The notes beneath the pieces are model-generated. The model ran no database searches. It worked only from the letters and a program-made list of their open reading frames with translations, and was not told the origin of the DNA. A program made the position numbers and the translations under genes. Of a stretch of DNA of 64,000 bases, positions 44,362-52,446 are shown piece after piece. Position 1 is the stretch's first letter. The number at the start of each line of letters is the position of its first letter. Source of the stretch: Christensenellaceae bacterium (GTDB lineage: Bacteria; Bacillota; Clostridia; Christensenellales; Borkfalkiaceae); the NCBI GenBank assembly GCA_045535015.1, contig JAZSKW010000010.1, forward strand, positions 101,051-165,050, written 5' to 3'.

Positions 44362-46380
44362 TTGAAAGATAATAAAAAGAACGTGGCAATAACGAAAGCA
44401 AAAAAGGACAAGCCAACCCACGTATCCGCAGATCAATTAGGCAAGGAGAAGGCTATAAAAAAGTCAAAAAGCAAAGTCGCTCCAAACCCTGATAAAACAA
44501 AAGGGGTAGTTACTGCAAAGCAAAAAGCGCAAAAAGCCCCTAAACTTATAAAAGCACCCAAAAAGCCCAAAGCCTCGAAAGGCTCGAAAACCGCGGCACC
44601 TCTTAAACAAGAAAAGGGTAAGCAAGAAAAGGTCAAAAAGGCGGCGGTAAAGCAGTCAGTAGTAAAAAGTATAAATGCAGAAAAAATAGTTGCAAAACCG
44701 CAAGCAAGCAAACAGCTAAAAAATGCAAAAGGCGAGAAAAATAAGCTTAAAATTAGATTTTTAGGCGGTGTTGGTGAAATTGGCAAAAACATGACCGCCC
44801 TAGAATACGGCAAGGATATTATAGTCATTGATGCCGGCGTAACCTTCCCTGGCGACAATATGCCGGGCGTTGACCTAGTTATACCCGACACAAATTATTT
44901 GACGGAAAATAAAAGCCGTATCCGTGCGATTGTTATTACCCACGGACACGAGGACCATATAGGCTCACTGCCATACGTATTAAAGGAGTTTAACGCCCCA
45001 ATTTACGGCACAAAGCTTACCCTTACTTTAATTGAAAATAAGCTGCGCGAGCATAAAATTAACGATGCAGTTTTAAATTGTATAAAACCGAGTAGCTCGG
45101 TTAAGCTTGGCTGCTTTAACGTGGAGTTTATCAACGTTAATCACTCGATAGCAGGTGCGGTTGGCTTATCAATAACAACCCCTATCGGTGTAGTTTTCCA
45201 CTCGGGCGACTTTAAAATTGATTATACGCCAGTCAGTGGCGAAACAATGGACCTTGCACGCATTGCCGAAATTGGTAAAAAGGGCGTGCTGCTACTTATG
45301 GCTGATTCCACCAATATTGAAATTGACGGCACCACTATGAGCGAGCGCGTGGTAAAAGATACCCTAGAACACGTTTTCCGTGACAACGTGGGGCGTAGGT
45401 TAATTATAGCCACCTTTGCATCTAACGTGCATAGATTGCAGCAAATTTTAGACCTTGCCTCGCAGTATAAAAGAAAGGTTGCCTTTTCTGGCAGAAGTAT
45501 GATAAACATTGCCGAGGCAGCTTCTAAAATAGGCGAGCTTGATATCCCCGAAAATATAATTATAGACGTAGAAAAGATTAAAAACTTTAAAGATGGCGAG
45601 GTTTTAATCGTATCTACCGGCACACAGGGCGAGCCGATGAGCGCGCTTACCAGAATGGCTAGCAACGAGTTTAATAGAGTTACTATTGGTGAAAACGATA
45701 CGGTAGTCATCAGCGCGTCTGTAATTCCGGGCAACGAAAAAATGATTTACGGTGTTATAAACAACCTTTATCGCTTAGGTGCAGAGGTTATTTATGAGAG
45801 TTTAGAGCCTATTCACGTATCAGGACACGCTTGCCGAGGCGAACTTTCAGTGTTGCACTCGTTGCTAAAACCAAAGTTTTTTATTCCAGTCCACGGCGAA
45901 TATCGCCATCTTAAAAAGCACGCAAACCTAGCCGAAAGCTTGGGTATGAAAAAAGGCAGCACAATGATTGCAGAAATTGGTGACACGGTAGAGCTTACCC
46001 AAAACACCATTACCCGTGGCGAAAAGTTTAAGGCAGGCTCTCGCTTTGTCGACGGAATTGGTATTGACGGTGAAGACAGCTTTGTTTTGCGTGACAGAAT
46101 ACACTTGTCTGAGGACGGCTTGGTGGTCGTAGTTGTAGGGCTTGATTCTTTCTCGTATAAAATTTCTTCCCTTGAAATTATCGGTAAAGGTCTTGTTCTT
46201 AGCGATGCAATTCTTAACGAAGCGCGCGCAAACCTTACCAATACTCTCAACCAAATTGATTTGCGTGCCGTTCGTGACGAGGCGGAAATATCGAATATAA
46301 TTCGTCGCAGCATTAGAAACTATATTTTCAAAGTAACCAAGAAAAACCCAATGATTATCCCCGTTGTTATGGGAGTATAA
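44362..46380 (+). CDS. rnj: Ribonuclease J with Lys-rich N-terminal extension
   Basis: Core begins at KLKIRFLGGVGEIGKN (about aa 128). HGHEDHIG metallo-beta-lactamase motif. TTG start 7 nt after AAGGAG. Confidence 0.85.
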   Translation: MKDNKKNVAITKAKKDKPTHVSADQLGKEKAIKKSKSKVAPNPDKTKGVVTAKQKAQKAPKLIKAPKKPKASKGSKTAAPLKQEKGKQEKVKKAAVKQSVVKSINAEKIVAKPQASKQLKNAKGEKNKLKIRFLGGVGEIGKNMTALEYGKDIIVIDAGVTFPGDNMPGVDLVIPDTNYLTENKSRIRAIVITHGHEDHIGSLPYVLKEFNAPIYGTKLTLTLIENKLREHKINDAVLNCIKPSSSVKLGCFNVEFINVNHSIAGAVGLSITTPIGVVFHSGDFKIDYTPVSGETMDLARIAEIGKKGVLLLMADSTNIEIDGTTMSERVVKDTLEHVFRDNVGRRLIIATFASNVHRLQQILDLASQYKRKVAFSGRSMINIAEAASKIGELDIPENIIIDVEKIKNFKDGEVLIVSTGTQGEPMSALTRMASNEFNRVTIGENDTVVISASVIPGNEKMIYGVINNLYRLGAEVIYESLEPIHVSGHACRGELSVLHSLLKPKFFIPVHGEYRHLKKHANLAESLGMKKGSTMIAEIGDTVELTQNTITRGEKFKAGSRFVDGIGIDGEDSFVLRDRIHLSEDGLVVVVVGLDSFSYKISSLEIIGKGLVLSDAILNEARANLTNTLNQIDLRAVRDEAEISNIIRRSIRNYIFKVTKKNPMIIPVVMGV

Positions 46381-46399
46381 AGGGGAAACGGAGATAAAA

Positions 46400-46987
46400 T
46401 TGTTAAATAAACTTATTGGTTTAAGGGAAGAAGCCAAACTTCGTGGCGAGCCAGTTCTTCGCGACAAATCGTTTGAGCTTTTACTTGAAACCGTTCAAAA
46501 GAAAAAACCCGAAAGAATTTTAGAAATTGGCGTTAACCTTGGCTACTCGGGGATAGGTATGTTAATCAGTAGCCCTACGTCAAGTCTAACGGGTATAGAA
46601 ATTGACGAAGAAAAAGTCAACCTTGCCAAAGAAAACTACAAAATTTTTGGTGTAGAGGATAGGGCAAAGATATTTTTAGGTGATGCGTCTGAAATTATTC
46701 CCGTGCTGTCAGGTGTATACGACTTTATTTTCCTTGATGGACCTAAGGGGCATTATCACCAGTATTTACCCTTTTTGTTAAACGCACTCTCTATTGGCGG
46801 CGTGCTTTTTGCCGACAACGTGTTGTTCCGTGGCTACGTGGATGGTAGTGTAAAAACACCCCACCGCTATCAAACGACCAAACACGGCATGGAAAAGTTT
46901 TTAGAGGGCGTAAGCACAAACCCTTCACTTAAAACCACCCTTTATAAAATGGAAGATGGTGTAAGTATTACCGAAAAGCTCTTTTAA
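46400..46987 (+). CDS. Class I SAM-dependent O-methyltransferase (YrrM/TrmR-like)
   Basis: ILEIGVNLGYSG SAM motif. TTG at 46400 (GGAG 6 nt upstream) is preferred over ATG 46364, which lies inside rnj. Confidence 0.7.
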   Translation: MLNKLIGLREEAKLRGEPVLRDKSFELLLETVQKKKPERILEIGVNLGYSGIGMLISSPTSSLTGIEIDEEKVNLAKENYKIFGVEDRAKIFLGDASEIIPVLSGVYDFIFLDGPKGHYHQYLPFLLNALSIGGVLFADNVLFRGYVDGSVKTPHRYQTTKHGMEKFLEGVSTNPSLKTTLYKMEDGVSITEKLF

Positions 46988-47094
46988 CAATTAACAAAAA
47001 CGGACAAAACCACTACTAATTTGGTTGTTCACCAAACGAATAGATAAAACTTTTTAATAATTTTTTAGTAAATTAATTAACTAACTGATAAACT

Positions 47095-48315
47095 ATGTGT
47101 AAATTAGAACTACTTTCGCCGGCAGGCGATATGTCAAAACTTAAAACGGCATTTTACTTTGGTGCAGATGCGGTATACGTAGGCGGCAAAAGCCTAAGTC
47201 TGCGCGCCCTGGCGGGCAATTTTACTGAGGACGAAATTAAAGAGGCTACAAGCTACGCTCACTCTATTGGTAAAAAAATTTACGTAACGGTTAATATTTT
47301 TGCCCGCAACTATGACATTGCAAAGGCAGAGGAATATTTTAAGTTTTTGGAAAGCGTTGGTATAGACGGTGCAATTATATCGGACCCGGGGCTAATTTAT
47401 CTTGCACGCACTACTGCACCAAATCTTACCGTCAACGTTTCCACCCAAGCAAATACCCTCAACTATAAAACAGTTGAATTTTGGCAAAAGGTGGGTGTAA
47501 AAAGGGTAATTTTAGCAAGAGAACTATCCTTAAAAGAAATTAAAGAAATTCACCAAAAAGCACCCGATATGGAGCTTGAAGTATTTATTCACGGCGCAAT
47601 GTGTATATCTTATAGCGGCAGATGCCTACTTAGCGACTATCGCACTGGCAGAGCAAGCAATCGTGGCGCGTGCGTTCAAGCGTGCCGTTGGAATTATGAA
47701 ATTCGCGAAAAGGGCTCTGACGGAGAGTATCTTGAAATGCAAGAGGACGAGCGCGGAACGTATATTCTAAACAGCAAGGACTTAAATTTATTAAATTATA
47801 TTAGTGAACTTGCCGATGCCGGAGTATGCTCTTTTAAGATAGAGGGCAGAATGAAGTCGGAATACTATTTAGCAACGGTTGTTAATGCCTACCGTAGAGC
47901 GATAAACGCATTTTATAGCGAGGGCGAAGCGTATAAAAACAACCCCCTTTACGAGCAAGAACTTTTAAAAACTGCCCACCGTGATTTTACCACCGCATAT
48001 CTACTTGGAGAAAACGACCGCACGGTAAATTATGATGACAGCCAAAGCAAAGGCACCCATAAATTTATTGCAAACGTTTTAGACTATAATAGCGCAGAGG
48101 GCTATGCACTAGTAGAAATGCGTAATCGCTTTAAGATAGGCGACGTTTTAGAGGTTTTATCCCCAAACCCCGTATTTAACGCACAAATAAAGGTGGAAAA
48201 GCTCACTGATGAAAAGGGTATAGATGTTTTAGATGCAAAACTAGTTCAGCAAAAACTAAGGCTTTATACCGACTTGCCTTTAACTGCCGGAGATATTTTA
48301 AGGGCAAAAATTTAA
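47095..48315 (+). CDS. Peptidase U32 family protein (YrrO/TrhP-like)
   Basis: ELLSPAG N-terminus, the Cys-containing U32 signature (SYSGRCLLS...ACVQACRW) and a FKIEGRMK motif. Confidence 0.85.
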   Translation: MCKLELLSPAGDMSKLKTAFYFGADAVYVGGKSLSLRALAGNFTEDEIKEATSYAHSIGKKIYVTVNIFARNYDIAKAEEYFKFLESVGIDGAIISDPGLIYLARTTAPNLTVNVSTQANTLNYKTVEFWQKVGVKRVILARELSLKEIKEIHQKAPDMELEVFIHGAMCISYSGRCLLSDYRTGRASNRGACVQACRWNYEIREKGSDGEYLEMQEDERGTYILNSKDLNLLNYISELADAGVCSFKIEGRMKSEYYLATVVNAYRRAINAFYSEGEAYKNNPLYEQELLKTAHRDFTTAYLLGENDRTVNYDDSQSKGTHKFIANVLDYNSAEGYALVEMRNRFKIGDVLEVLSPNPVFNAQIKVEKLTDEKGIDVLDAKLVQQKLRLYTDLPLTAGDILRAKI

Positions 48316-48431
48316 ACGCAATATCTTCAAAGCACGTCCATTTGCTTTTTGTATGTTTTATCTTTTCGATAAAAATAAATAAAGCAAACGACATACCAAA
48401 CGTAAACACGTAATATAAACAAAAAATAAAC

Positions 48432-48466
48432 AAAAAAACGGCTATGCCACGTGGCATAGCCGTTTT
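48432..48466. terminator. Bidirectional terminator (26-nt perfect palindrome)
   Basis: A-run, ACGGCTATGCCAC/GTGGCATAGCCGT, T-run. Confidence 0.85.
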
Positions 48467-48489
48467 AATTATAGGAAATTATAAAAATA

Positions 48490-49092
48490 TCAATTTTCAA
48501 AAAGCTTAATAAGGGTAGTATAAACCATATCTCGCATAACGTCATAATCAATATACTCGTGCTTATCAAACACAAACTCGTGAGAATAAGATTGAATAAG
48601 GTTCATAGCCAAATGAATTTTTTCCTTAGCATTTTCTATTTTAAGCCCAAGTTTTGCTAAAACGTCTGCAATTTTAAGGGTAATATCGTCTTCAAGTGCT
48701 ATAAAGGCTGCGTTAATAGCCTCGTCAGTGCTTGCCATAGAGTGCAAAGCCTCGTGAATTTTTCTGTTTTTCTTGTGGGTAGTAATAACTTTTTCGGTAA
48801 CGGTAGGAATAATTTCGGCAAAATCAACGGGCGATTTCAGCCTTTCAAAAAAGGCGAGGATAGGGTCGAAAACGCGGTTAATATAAACCTCTAATACGCT
48901 AATTAAAATATCCCTTTTATCTTGAAAATAACCGTATACAATACCGGTTGAAACACCCGCGCGCTTAGCAATTTCCGCAGTGTTTGTGCCGTAATAGCCA
49001 ACCTCGCTAAAAAGCGCATAGCCCGCTTCAATTATTTTATTTTTCTTTTCAATTGACCGCTCTTGTCGCGGTTGACGAACTTCATTTTTCAT
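48490..49092 (-). CDS. TetR/AcrR family transcriptional regulator
   Basis: N-terminal HTH (GYYGTNTAEIAKRAGVSTGIVYGYF). Confidence 0.85.
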   Translation of the reverse strand: MKNEVRQPRQERSIEKKNKIIEAGYALFSEVGYYGTNTAEIAKRAGVSTGIVYGYFQDKRDILISVLEVYINRVFDPILAFFERLKSPVDFAEIIPTVTEKVITTHKKNRKIHEALHSMASTDEAINAAFIALEDDITLKIADVLAKLGLKIENAKEKIHLAMNLIQSYSHEFVFDKHEYIDYDVMRDMVYTTLIKLFEN

Positions 49093-49150
49093 ATATTTTA
49101 TTATATATTATAAATATAAAAATTGCAATAGGGCTACCAAAATTTTAAAT

Positions 49151-49250
49151 ATGAAAAATTTTTCGTAAAAAATATGAAAAACTTTTCACATTTTGTTGAC
49201 AAGGGATAATAAAAATGATAATATATACAGGAAAATATGAAATAGGTTTC
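49151..49250. promoter_or_regulatory. Three TGAAA-N4-TTTCA-type palindromes between tetR and feoA
   Basis: TGAAAAATTTTTCG (49151), TGAAAAACTTTTCA (49174) and TGAAATAGGTTTCA (49237). Confidence 0.45.
49195..49223 (+). promoter_or_regulatory. SigmaA promoter of the feo operon with an overlapping Fur-box-like sequence
   Basis: TTGACA, 17-nt spacer, TAATAT. GATAATAAAAATGATAATA (49204-49222) matches the 19-bp Fur consensus GATAATGATAATCATTATC at 13/19 by my count. Confidence 0.45.
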
Positions 49251-49299
49251 ACATTTGCTTTGTAGTATAATTTGAGCCTAAGATTAAAGGAGAAAAAAG

Positions 49300-49512
49300 A
49301 TGCCAATCGTCTTTGCACCGATTAATAAGGAACTAAAAATTGTTAGAATACTCACTGATGAAAAGACAAAAAAACATCTTGAAAGTCTTGGCATCGTAGT
49401 TAACGGCAGCATTACGGTGTTGTCCTCGTCAGGCGGCAACGTCGTTTGTAAAATTAAAGAGGGCAGAATAGCGTTAGACCGTGATATTTCCACAAAAATT
49501 TTCGTGGCATAA
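49300..49512 (+). CDS. feoA: FeoA family protein
   Basis: 70 aa, SH3-like FeoA pattern. AAGGAG RBS. Confidence 0.8.
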   Translation: MPIVFAPINKELKIVRILTDEKTKKHLESLGIVVNGSITVLSSSGGNVVCKIKEGRIALDRDISTKIFVA

Positions 49513-49579
49513 CGCGCATTGTTGCAAAAAAATCGTATAAAATTTTTCACATATAGATTTATTCTAAAAAGGAGGACGT

Positions 49580-49816
49580 ATGTTAAAAACACTTGACCAA
49601 TTTGCCATTGGCGAAAGCGGCGTTGTAAAAATGGTCGCTGGCGAGGGCAAGATTAAAAGACGTATCTTCGATATGGGGGTAACCCCCGGTGCTGAAATTT
49701 TGTTAAGAAAAAAAGCACCTCTTGGCGACCCGATTGAAATTACCGTTAGGGGCTATGAGCTGACCTTGCGTAAAAGCGAAGCAGCTTGCGTAACGATGGA
49801 GGTAGAAAATGCTTAG
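49580..49816 (+). CDS. feoA: FeoA family protein (second copy)
   Basis: LDQFAIGESGVVKMV...GDPIEITVRGYELTLRKSEA. Confidence 0.85.
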   Translation: MLKTLDQFAIGESGVVKMVAGEGKIKRRIFDMGVTPGAEILLRKKAPLGDPIEITVRGYELTLRKSEAACVTMEVENA

Positions 49817-52094
49817 ATTTGCCTTAGCTGGTAACCCAAACTGCGGCAAAACCACGCTATTTAACTCACTTACCGGTTCTACCGCACACGTAGGCAACTG
49901 GCCGGGCGTAACGGTTGACAAAAAAGAGGGTATTTATAAAAAACTTGACGAGCAAATTGCAATTATCGACTTGCCGGGCATATATTCTTTATCCCCATAT
50001 ACCCCCGAAGAAGTAGTTGCAAGAAACTATATTTTAGACGAAAAGCCCGATTGCGTAATAAACATTATCGACGCAACCAACTTAGAGCGTAACCTATATT
50101 TAACCACGCAGTTGATGGAAATTGACGTTCCTGTAATCATCGCGCTAAATATGATGGATAGTGTAAAAAAGGCGGGCAACTCTATTGATGCTAACGAACT
50201 TGAAAAAAGGTTAGGTCTTCCTGTTGTGGGCATTTCCGCATTAAAGGAAGAGGGCTTGACCGAGCTTATGGAACGCGCCTATAAGGCAGCGGGCGAAAAA
50301 CGTCTTGGCGTAACCGTCCTTGAAGACTCTAAAATCAAGCATCTTATCGGTGACATAAAAATTGCGCTTGCAGGTCAAGGTGTAGATAGCCCCTTGTTCC
50401 ACGCGGTAAAACTTGTTGAAAACGACGAGCTTGAAGTTTCGGCACATAAAGACGTTGTCAAAATGGTTGAAGAATTTAAAAAGACCTTTAACGACGACGT
50501 GTTCGGCACCGATTTTGAAGCAATGGTTGCCGACGGCAGATATAAATACATATCCAAAAACTTTGCACCCGTAGTTAAGAAAAAGGACGAGTCAAAGTTC
50601 AAAATGACCAAGTCCGACAAAGCCGACAAGGTTTTAACGCACAAAATCTGGGGTATTCCAATCTTCCTTGGTATCTTGTTTGCTATATTCCACCTAACTT
50701 TTGGCGAAGACCTTTTCTATCTCGGCTCTATATTTTCCCTTCCTTCACTTGAACAACTTGGGCTTATGACGGCAAATGCGGAGGGCGAGCTTGAAGCGGT
50801 AAACTTTGGCGCAGCCTTGTTATCGTGTGTTTATGACGGAGCCGTCTTTTCACCGGGCGTAATACTGTTTAACCTTATGGACCTATTGACAAGCACGGTG
50901 TTTGGTTGGATAACCTTGGGCTTAGAAAATGCAGGCGCATCCGCGTGGGCAGTTTCCTTGGTTGGCGACGGAATACTCGGTGGCTTAGGCGGTGTCCTTA
51001 GCTTTGTTCCTCAAATTATCGTTCTGTTGCTTTTCTTGTCAATTTTGGAAGATACTGGATATATGGCACGCGTTGCGTTTATCCTTGACAGAATATTTAG
51101 AAGATTTGGTGTAAGTGGCAGAGCATTTATTCCTATGATTATGGGCTTTGGCTGTTCAATTCCCGCAATGGTTAATACCAGAACTCTTGCAGACGAAAGG
51201 GAAAGAACGCTTACCCTTAGAACTATACCATTTTTCAGCTGTGGTGCAAAACTTCCTATACTTACCGCAGTAGCAGGCGCGGTAGCATATATGTGCGGAC
51301 TTGGCGACGGCAGTATAATCAGCTTTTCAATGTATGTTATAGGTATGGTTGTCGCGGTTGTGTCAATAATATTAATGCGCACCACCACCCAGCGCGGTGA
51401 AGTTTCGCCCTTTATTATGGAATTACCTGCATATCACGCACCCAGCTTTAAGGGTTTAATGATTCACCTTTGGGATAAGGTAAAGCATTACGTCAAAAAG
51501 GTTTTCACCATTATTTTGGCATCTACAATTCTCATATGGTTCTTGTCAAACTTCGGTTGGAATTGGGCAATGGTTGAAAACGTAGACCAGTCCATTCTTG
51601 CATCAATCGGTCAGTTCTTGCAACCCTTATTTACACCCCTTGGCTTTGGCAGTCAGCTTAACCAATACGGTTGGGTATTCGTTGTTGCGGCATTTACCGG
51701 TCTTATTGCAAAGGAAGAGGTTATCGCAACCTTTGGCACACTTGGCGCAATCTTTAGCGGCTTTAATGTCCCAGAACTAGCAGCAGAGGGCGCAACAGAC
51801 GTTATGACAATGGTTCTCGGCACAGGCGTAACTTGGCAAGCACTTATCGCGTTTATCGTGTTTAATATGACTACAATTCCTTGTTTTGCAGCGGTTGCAG
51901 CAGCTAAGGGTGAAACGCAAAAGGGCAAGTTTAAGTGGACCATACTTTTCTGGGTTGTAACCTCTTACGTAGTCAGCTCTATCGTATACGTAGTTCTATC
52001 TTGGTGGTGGACGGCGTTTATCGTAGCGGCAGTTGCTGTTGCAGTTGCGTTTATTATCAGGGCTTACAACAAAAAGCACCCAATTAAAAACTAA
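49809..52094 (+). CDS. feoB: Ferrous iron transporter FeoB
   Basis: N-terminal G-domain GNPNCGKTTLFN, DLPG, NMMD, followed by a polytopic membrane domain. Confidence 0.95.
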   Translation: MLRFALAGNPNCGKTTLFNSLTGSTAHVGNWPGVTVDKKEGIYKKLDEQIAIIDLPGIYSLSPYTPEEVVARNYILDEKPDCVINIIDATNLERNLYLTTQLMEIDVPVIIALNMMDSVKKAGNSIDANELEKRLGLPVVGISALKEEGLTELMERAYKAAGEKRLGVTVLEDSKIKHLIGDIKIALAGQGVDSPLFHAVKLVENDELEVSAHKDVVKMVEEFKKTFNDDVFGTDFEAMVADGRYKYISKNFAPVVKKKDESKFKMTKSDKADKVLTHKIWGIPIFLGILFAIFHLTFGEDLFYLGSIFSLPSLEQLGLMTANAEGELEAVNFGAALLSCVYDGAVFSPGVILFNLMDLLTSTVFGWITLGLENAGASAWAVSLVGDGILGGLGGVLSFVPQIIVLLLFLSILEDTGYMARVAFILDRIFRRFGVSGRAFIPMIMGFGCSIPAMVNTRTLADERERTLTLRTIPFFSCGAKLPILTAVAGAVAYMCGLGDGSIISFSMYVIGMVVAVVSIILMRTTTQRGEVSPFIMELPAYHAPSFKGLMIHLWDKVKHYVKKVFTIILASTILIWFLSNFGWNWAMVENVDQSILASIGQFLQPLFTPLGFGSQLNQYGWVFVVAAFTGLIAKEEVIATFGTLGAIFSGFNVPELAAEGATDVMTMVLGTGVTWQALIAFIVFNMTTIPCFAAVAAAKGETQKGKFKWTILFWVVTSYVVSSIVYVVLSWWWTAFIVAAVAVAVAFIIRAYNKKHPIKN

Positions 52095-52152
52095 CACACA
52101 AAGGTTTGTTAAAAATCAATTAAAATAAAGGATAAATTTAAGGAGGGTAATC

Positions 52153-52335
52153 GTGATTGACGTTATAATAATAATTGCTTGCGTTGCGGTAGTTGGTTTA
52201 ACGATTTTTTTATCAATCCGTAACAAGAAAAAGGGTAAATCCTCTTGTGGATGCGATTGCTCTACCTGTAACCGCTGTTCAAAAGGCGCGGCTAAAAAAC
52301 CAAATACTACAAATCCTACAAATAATTCTAAATAA
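52153..52335 (+). CDS. FeoB-associated Cys-rich membrane protein
   Basis: One TM helix then a SSCGCDCSTCNRC cluster. GTG start after GGAGGG. Confidence 0.7.
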   Translation: MIDVIIIIACVAVVGLTIFLSIRNKKKGKSSCGCDCSTCNRCSKGAAKKPNTTNPTNNSK

Positions 52336-52337
52336 AA

Positions 52338-52377
52338 AATTACGTCGCCCAACAAAAAGTTTGGGCGACGTAATTTT
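52338..52377 (+). terminator. Intrinsic terminator after the feo operon
   Basis: AATTACGTCGCCCA-loop-TGGGCGACGTAATT followed by TT. Confidence 0.85.
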
Positions 52378-52446
52378 CGTTAATTTTCGTCTGCTATTCG
52401 TATTGTAATTTATATTTAAATGTGTTAAAATACGGTAAAGGAAATA

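Noticed and set aside
44174-44416. 80-aa minus-strand ORF spanning the serC/rnj intergenic region and the 35-bp tandem repeat.
   Set aside because: It has no RBS, its composition is Leu/Tyr/Phe-rich and low-complexity as expected from AT-rich DNA, and it overlaps the rnj start and RBS.
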